Origin: a virus
Reading direction: 5' to 3' (one strand)
Length of the DNA: 54,857 nucleotides
Virus record (IMG/VR): IMGVR_UViG_3300045988_021436
Location: 1 to 54,857 of that record
Shown: positions 49,389 to 54,857 of the stretch, one piece after another
How the letters are laid out: every line of letters starts with the position of its first letter
How positions within the stretch are numbered: position 1 is the stretch's first letter
The notes under the pieces: model-generated
Seen by the model: only the letters and a program-made list of their open reading frames with translations
Told to the model about the DNA's origin: nothing
Database searches by the model: none
Position numbers and translations under genes: made by a program

Positions 49389-50128
49389 CCCTCCTGCATG
49401 AACTCCGGCTCTGCCGATTCGGTTACTTCTTCCGGTTCAAATTCCTGTGAATTAGCATTTTCTGCGATATCCTTTTGAACCTGTGCCTGTAAATCTTCCA
49501 TAGGGTACTCGTTGAAATCGTTATCCTCGATTTCTTCCTTCGTGTAAATTCCCATTGTTAGTTCTGGGCAATTCAGACTGCTAAAGAATGAAGCGGCTCT
49601 GTATCTAAGCATAAGCTGCGGCATCGTTTTCCATTTGCTACCATTTTTATCAAGCCACCCCTCGTCCTTTGCCATCTGCATATTGACTTCCATACCTTCA
49701 ATTCTTCTACCATTCTTCATCGTCCAAGCAACGCAAGAGTACGGTTTTCCATCCTTATCTTTTGTTTCGTCGTACTGCAACTCCATGTCAAATTTCCGAC
49801 TTGCGTTGATAGAAGCAATCAGAAACTTGCTGCTCCAACTTGGTTTTCCCTGTATAGGGTAAAGATTCTGCATAACCATAAGAGGGCTGATATTCATTCT
49901 CTGCGCCTGTTCAATCGCGATCAAACAGTTAGATGGATTCTTCTGATACGTCTGTGGAACAATAGTTGATTCTGAAAGTGCCTTTGCCATTTGCATAGCC
50001 ATGATGAAATTGTCCGATGTCCCGAAAATTCCAAGACTGTAATCCGTTACTTTATTTGCCTGCTGAACTGCTGTCTGCTCTTTTTTCTCGACTAACTGTG
50101 TATTCTCTTCCATAATTATTTTCCTCAC
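49385..50128 (-). CDS. RecT/Red-beta-like single-strand annealing protein
   Basis: Called from its position in the recombination module and from ...MAKALSESTIVPQTYQKNPSNCLIAIEQAQRMNISPLMVMQNLYPIQGKPSWSSKF.... Confidence 0.5.
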   Translation of the reverse strand: MRKIIMEENTQLVEKKEQTAVQQANKVTDYSLGIFGTSDNFIMAMQMAKALSESTIVPQTYQKNPSNCLIAIEQAQRMNISPLMVMQNLYPIQGKPSWSSKFLIASINASRKFDMELQYDETKDKDGKPYSCVAWTMKNGRRIEGMEVNMQMAKDEGWLDKNGSKWKTMPQLMLRYRAASFFSSLNCPELTMGIYTKEEIEDNDFNEYPMEDLQAQVQKDIAENANSQEFEPEEVTESAEPEFMQEG

Positions 50129-50138
50129 TTTCTTTTAA

Positions 50139-51377
50139 TCAATCTTCCTTAACTTCCATCAATTCAAGGGTGTACACTGACCATCCTTTTTTTCTCTTTC
50201 TGTTTCCGTCAAATTTTCCTGTAAAGTAATCTTTCACATCTTCAATATCCTTAAGGGGTTCTCTCGTAGGAAACGATCCATCGCAGCGGTGTATTATCCC
50301 ATCCTTAACCTCGTAAATATGACCAGTTTTGAATATTCCGTCACCTTTAGTAAAAATAATCTTTCCGTTGTAAAGCTTTGGGGTTTCTTCCACAAGGTCA
50401 AAATACTTAGATTCAAGACCGTAGAAGTTACCACTATCACCATGCTTATGCTCTAACATTTCAACGTCAATGAACTTGCCATCCTCTGAAACCTCTGTAA
50501 TCTTACCCCTTGTCATATTGCTATTAGTGATACGGTAACGATCATCACTTTCTGAATTACCCTTGACAATATCACCAACTTTGAATTTGTGTGGTTCTTT
50601 CGGTTTACACTCTTTGTCCGGATTGTAGCCTTCAAGCACAACATATTCACTATCGTGCAGATATTGACCATCACAATATCCATATCTAACATAATCCACA
50701 TCATCAACAATCTTCAATATGTCACCATTCTTATAATTTCCATAAGATGAAATTGCGTCTATTATTTTAACGTACTCACCTACCTTGGCACGTCTCTTAA
50801 CTTCTTTAATACCGGTGCCAAAAACAATATTAAAAGCAGCTTTGATCTCTTTGTTGCTCATTGTGTAATTACCGGAGTTGTCTTTTATCATAAAATTAGT
50901 ACCACGCCCGCAACGATACGTTGAGTATTTTAATTTGCAATTACAACATGATCTACCTCTGCAATAGGACTTTAACCTCTTTCGCATATCCTCAACGGTG
51001 ATGCTTTCTTTATTGCCGTTCATGAGACGTTCAAATGCCAATTTTGCGCCAACATTGAAGTCGAACGTATCTTCCGGGCTACACTTTGCAATTGCTTTCT
51101 TGCCCGTTCTCTTATCAAGTGCAATAACGTCATTGTCTTTGCGATAAATCACAATGGTTTCATTTCCGCAACGCTCCAACCCTCTTTTATCAAATATATA
51201 GTGCCCAGTATCATGGCAAGCGTAACCAATTTTGCCACTACAGATTTTGCAAACATAACTAATTGTAGTAATAGTATCTACATACTTTTTCATGTTTGTG
51301 CACCATCCGCCTGCATAATTCTTAATGGTTGAACCATCTAAAATCCTTACCTTATCCCCAACTTTAAATTTGCTCAT
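50139..51377 (-). CDS. Hypothetical protein (412 aa) with repeated SH3/KOW-like beta modules
   Basis: Three similar segments: KFKVGDKVRIL, KVGEYVKIID and KFKVGDIVKGN. Confidence 0.45.
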   Translation of the reverse strand: MSKFKVGDKVRILDGSTIKNYAGGWCTNMKKYVDTITTISYVCKICSGKIGYACHDTGHYIFDKRGLERCGNETIVIYRKDNDVIALDKRTGKKAIAKCSPEDTFDFNVGAKLAFERLMNGNKESITVEDMRKRLKSYCRGRSCCNCKLKYSTYRCGRGTNFMIKDNSGNYTMSNKEIKAAFNIVFGTGIKEVKRRAKVGEYVKIIDAISSYGNYKNGDILKIVDDVDYVRYGYCDGQYLHDSEYVVLEGYNPDKECKPKEPHKFKVGDIVKGNSESDDRYRITNSNMTRGKITEVSEDGKFIDVEMLEHKHGDSGNFYGLESKYFDLVEETPKLYNGKIIFTKGDGIFKTGHIYEVKDGIIHRCDGSFPTREPLKDIEDVKDYFTGKFDGNRKRKKGWSVYTLELMEVKED

Positions 51378-51379
51378 CT

Positions 51380-53299
51380 TTACACCTCCACTTTCAATTC
51401 TTTGCTATCATTTACAAGTAACATAATCAACTGACTATCGACCATATCCGCAACCTTTGATTGATTTACAGTGTCTAAATTTTCTGTATCATCAAGCCAA
51501 ATAGGACAATTTATACCGCTTATTTTCTGAATCGACTTGCAAATATCAATTCTACCTAGAATACGGTTGCCCTTGTTTGACATGGTTGTAAGAATAGATT
51601 TACCGTCAACCATTGGAATACAAACTGACTTGTAATTACCATTCTTTGCGTTATCAAAAAGTTTCCATTGAACTAAAGAGAAATGGCTATTGATCTGATC
51701 TGTAAGAAGTTCATTCTTTGTCTTGTCAAGTTCATCTAACAGGTAGAGTATCTTCTCGCAATCTGTCTTTGATTGCTCCATATCTAACTTCTTTTTCTTT
51801 AATTCAGAAATTCTTTCCTCGTCTGCGGTTGTATCAGACTTCGCAATCTCGGCTTCACATTCCGCTAACTGTTGTCTTAAAGCTGTTTCCTGTGCCTTTA
51901 ATTCAGCTCTAATATCGCCGGAAGATAACTTATTAGCATATTCTTCTTTCTCTGCAATTTGGTTTTGAATAACCTTATAATCTTCCGTGCATGAAATATC
52001 AACAAAAGTTGGTTGACTATCTGCTTTCTTGTTCAATTCTTCAAGTCTCTGGTCTGCTTCGTCTAACTGAATTTGCAGCTTGTCAAGTTCAATCTCTAAT
52101 TCCTTAATACGATCGTTGTTCTTGTCAATCTGTGACTTGCAATCCATACCTTTAGCAGTAATATCATCAAGCCTATTCTTCTTGTTTCTTTCAAAATCGT
52201 TTCTAAGGCTTGTAATCTTGCTTGTAGCAAGTTTTCTACCACAGGTAGGGCAAATAGTAGTATCTTCGTTGAATTGCTCCGAATTGACTGATTTCCACTC
52301 TTCCGCATAGGAATTTCTCTTCCTATTAAAAATGTCTACATTGTCCTTACAAGTTGCAATCTGTCGCTTTGCTTCTGAAATGTAAGTCTCTGTTGATCTC
52401 TTAACATTCATCACATCAGAAATGGTCTTGCTAATCTCTGCACTTGCAGAAATCAATTCTTCATTTGCTTTGTTCTGCAATCCGGATAAGTCAAACTTTA
52501 ACTTCATGATTTCATCCTGTACCTTGCTACATTCTTCCATCATGTTTTCTGCGCTTGTCTGCTTATCCACATTCTCCTTAATCTGCTCTTTCAAGCTATT
52601 TCTAAGCAATTCCAAGTCGGAAACATCAATGTCCGATTTTATCTGAATGTCACGCTCTTTCTCTTTAATCTGACCATCAAGAATAGGTAACTCTTTTGAA
52701 ACCTTGCTCTTTGTAGCTTTATTCATTGCGAGTAGCTCTTCTGCTTTGTACTTCTCCAATAACGGAACTAATTCTTTCAAGTCCTTATTAGAACTAGCAA
52801 CTTGAACGTCTGTCACCTCTGAAACTAAAGAAAAGAGATAGCTTCTCATGTCTACCGGTTTCTGACTAAGGAAAGCATTTACAGATGTACACATTTTCCA
52901 GACATTAATATCAAGTTCAAAATATGCGTTAAAATCCTTTAATGTCTTAGGTACATCATTGATAAAATACTTGTTATCATCCTTATATGACGTTCCATCC
53001 TTGCTATAAGTACGTTTCTGTACTTTCTTAGCGGTGATCTCCTTACCATCCATATCAATTACTGCAGTAACAGATACATCTACATCATCAATTGTCTTTC
53101 CGCCCACCTCACGCCTAACGGTCTGATTATCTCTTAACTCATAATCACAGTTAAAAAATAACCACATATACGCATTTGCGATAGTTGACTTCCCAACACC
53201 ATTCATCGCATAAATTTTAGTAAAATCAGAAAAATCAATCTCTTTCAGTGCATAACACATGAAGTTTTCTAAAATCAACTTCTTTAATTTAATCTCCAT
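51380..53299 (-). CDS. SMC/Rad50/SbcC-like AAA ATPase
   Basis: The N-terminal KKLILENFMCY...YAMNGVGKSTI Walker A, a long coiled-coil middle section, and a CPTCGR zinc hook-like motif. Confidence 0.75.
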   Translation of the reverse strand: MEIKLKKLILENFMCYALKEIDFSDFTKIYAMNGVGKSTIANAYMWLFFNCDYELRDNQTVRREVGGKTIDDVDVSVTAVIDMDGKEITAKKVQKRTYSKDGTSYKDDNKYFINDVPKTLKDFNAYFELDINVWKMCTSVNAFLSQKPVDMRSYLFSLVSEVTDVQVASSNKDLKELVPLLEKYKAEELLAMNKATKSKVSKELPILDGQIKEKERDIQIKSDIDVSDLELLRNSLKEQIKENVDKQTSAENMMEECSKVQDEIMKLKFDLSGLQNKANEELISASAEISKTISDVMNVKRSTETYISEAKRQIATCKDNVDIFNRKRNSYAEEWKSVNSEQFNEDTTICPTCGRKLATSKITSLRNDFERNKKNRLDDITAKGMDCKSQIDKNNDRIKELEIELDKLQIQLDEADQRLEELNKKADSQPTFVDISCTEDYKVIQNQIAEKEEYANKLSSGDIRAELKAQETALRQQLAECEAEIAKSDTTADEERISELKKKKLDMEQSKTDCEKILYLLDELDKTKNELLTDQINSHFSLVQWKLFDNAKNGNYKSVCIPMVDGKSILTTMSNKGNRILGRIDICKSIQKISGINCPIWLDDTENLDTVNQSKVADMVDSQLIMLLVNDSKELKVEV

Positions 53300-53888
53300 C
53301 TTTCTTCACCATCCTTATACTAGAACAGGAAATCTCGTATGCAGTACGATCTTCGCTTGTTCCATCTTCTAAAACCTTTGTATATTCTCTGCTCTGAAAT
53401 CTTCCTCTGATACTAACGGTTGAGTACAGTTCAACAGTATCAAGCCATTTTGCCGTGCTGCTCCAACAGATACACGGAATATATGCACTTCTTCCATTCG
53501 GATAATTGATTGCTGCAACAAAATCACAAACTGTCTTTCCTAAAGGTGTTACTCTGCTTGGATTTTTCTTAACAATGGTGCAATCATATTTCACATTATT
53601 TGAACCTAATTCAGCAAATGGGAGTTTTTCGACTTCTTCCGAACTATTGACATATACATACACAATTAAATGCGATCCATTTTCGTCATGCTTATTTCTT
53701 GTGCATACTTCACCTTTCATGTTGTAAAACTGTCCATTTTCAATATCTAACGAACCGTCAAAAACAATCGGGACCTTGTCAATAACGTTGCTAAATCTCT
53801 CTACTCCTACCATTCCGTTATAATAAAGTTTTCCTTTAACTTCGTGAGAAAATTCTATATCTTTCACAAATCCGGATAATTCAATCAT
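53289..53888 (-). CDS. Putative OB-fold ssDNA-binding-like protein
   Basis: Called from the ...VSIRGRFQSREYTK... pattern and its recombination-module context. This is a weak call. Confidence 0.3.
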   Translation of the reverse strand: MIELSGFVKDIEFSHEVKGKLYYNGMVGVERFSNVIDKVPIVFDGSLDIENGQFYNMKGEVCTRNKHDENGSHLIVYVYVNSSEEVEKLPFAELGSNNVKYDCTIVKKNPSRVTPLGKTVCDFVAAINYPNGRSAYIPCICWSSTAKWLDTVELYSTVSIRGRFQSREYTKVLEDGTSEDRTAYEISCSSIRMVKKDGD

Positions 53889-53906
53889 CTTCTGTTCCCC
53901 TTTCTT

Positions 53907-53939
53907 ACAAAACGGTCAATGCTTTTCTTTTGACCGTTT
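53907..53939. terminator. Hairpin with an 11-bp stem and flanking A/T runs
   Basis: AAAACGGTCAA (53907-17) / TTGACCGTTTT (53929-39). Confidence 0.6.
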
Positions 53940-54057
53940 TCTTTATTTATCAACTTCAGATAAATGTCTGTTTCCTCAATTACCGCCCACTGACTAGCAA
54001 TCAAGCCGTGTGAGGAAATAACTTCTTTCTGACTTCTTGTAGGTTTCTTAGCCTGTT

Positions 54058-54564
54058 TCAATCATTATCCCCCTTTACAATCCTTACTCTTGCTTTTTGC
54101 ACTCCAAAATTCATTGCTTTCTCATGGTCTGCAAAGAAAATATCAATCCGGTTTTCTTTGATAGCACCACCGCAATCTTCTGCAACGTATGTACCGAATC
54201 CTTCAATTTCAACGGTTGTTCCGTATGGTATATTGGTTGTATCTACTGCAACAGTTCTTCCCGGAGTTGCAATTGTTCCACTAGCCGTAATGCCATCAGA
54301 CTTTCCGCAACATTTTTCGCAACTGCAATATGCGGTTAAAGTGTAATCTTCCCATTCATCTTCCACCCGGTCGTAACTGAATACTAATGGCTTGTATGTT
54401 GCACCAGAAACCTTTCCGCTTTCTTCAATCTCTGTTGCATTTACAAGTGTGGAATTTTTCACGCTTGTAAAATCCGGTTCAGACGGTGAAATGCTGACAA
54501 CTGCCAGAATAACCAAAACCAAAAGGAATTTTCCTATCATTAGTAATTTACCTTTCATTTGCAA
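54058..54564 (-). CDS. Secreted or membrane-anchored 3D-domain (RlpA/MltA-like double-psi beta-barrel) protein
   Basis: N-terminal signal/TM segment LLMIGKFLLVLVILAVV. The C-terminal ...TLTAYCSCEKCCGKSDGITASGT...GRTVAVD...IPYGTTVEIEGFGTYVAEDCGGAIKENRIDIFF matches the 3D domain. Confidence 0.75.
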   Translation of the reverse strand: MQMKGKLLMIGKFLLVLVILAVVSISPSEPDFTSVKNSTLVNATEIEESGKVSGATYKPLVFSYDRVEDEWEDYTLTAYCSCEKCCGKSDGITASGTIATPGRTVAVDTTNIPYGTTVEIEGFGTYVAEDCGGAIKENRIDIFFADHEKAMNFGVQKARVRIVKGDND

Positions 54565-54857
54565 ACCTCCACAAATTCACCATCTACCAATTTATAAAAT
54601 GTGTCTTCCTTAATGCGCTCTCCGTCTACATACTCTGTCTTTACGCATTTAGGGATATAAATTCTATATCCTCTTTCGTCCTTTTCTCCTGTGCCAACCC
54701 ATTCAGCAAGAGTAATCCAACTGCCAACCTTTGCCTTTGCAATAGAATTATATCCGGCAGCCATAACAACAGAATTTTTACCTTCCGATACAATCTTTGC
54801 GGAATCTCCACTACTGCCAATCTGTGCGGAATATCCACTACTGCCAATCTGTGCGTA
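54555..54857 (-). CDS. 3' part of the junction-spanning repeat protein (continuation of 548..1)
   Basis: The frame is open from the window end. It reads ...IGSSGYSAQIGSSGDSAKIVSEGKNSVVMAAGYNSIAKAKVGSWITLAEW...EFVEVCK*. Bases 54823-54857 duplicate 1-35. Confidence 0.7.
   Translation of the reverse strand, partial: YAQIGSSGYSAQIGSSGDSAKIVSEGKNSVVMAAGYNSIAKAKVGSWITLAEWVGTGEKDERGYRIYIPKCVKTEYVDGERIKEDTFYKLVDGEFVEVCK
54823..54857. repeat. 35-bp direct terminal repeat identical to 1-35 (signature of circular closure or assembly overlap)
   Basis: tgtgcggaatatccactactgccaatctgtgcgta occurs at both ends. Confidence 0.95.

Overview
This window looks like one complete, circularly closed genome of about 54.8 kb from a temperate siphovirus-type phage of a low-GC Firmicute. 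The last 35 bp (54823-54857) are identical to bases 1-35, and one gene reads in frame across that junction. Almost all genes are on the minus strand. Reading in that direction, the order is as follows:

- A cro-like/Rha early operon, which wraps through the junction.
- A recombination module: SMC-like ATPase, RecT-like annealase, and a split MBL-fold gene.
- Many small Zn-ribbon ORFs, plus HNH, GIY-YIG and YopX genes, a PAPS-reductase-like gene and a DNA methyltransferase.
- Replication genes: a DnaD-like replisome organizer and a G39P-like loader.
- A tyrosine integrase with a tRNA-like attP.
- A cluster of low-complexity cargo genes.
- A GC-richer island with divergent operons controlled through a dense operator array.
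- terS, MazG, DUF3310 and SSB.
- A cluster of tRNA-Gln, about 360 nt of structured RNA, and tRNA-Ser.
- terL, homing-endonuclease remnants, portal, scaffold, capsid, connectors, tail, tape measure and fibres.
- The lysogeny switch.

The most interesting signals are:

1. An invertible tail-fibre tip cassette with no invertase gene in the window.
2. A perfect consensus promoter carrying a LexA (Cheo) box that drives a 35-aa ORF, next to a repressor that lacks a cleavage domain.
3. The ORF-free structured RNA between the two tRNAs.
4. A tRNA-like acceptor/T-arm minihelix and an orphan consensus promoter inside the GC-rich island.
5. A cluster of Q/N-rich, Gly-rich, Cys-rich and TNF-like proteins next to attP.

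All function calls come from motif recognition by eye. No database search was run.
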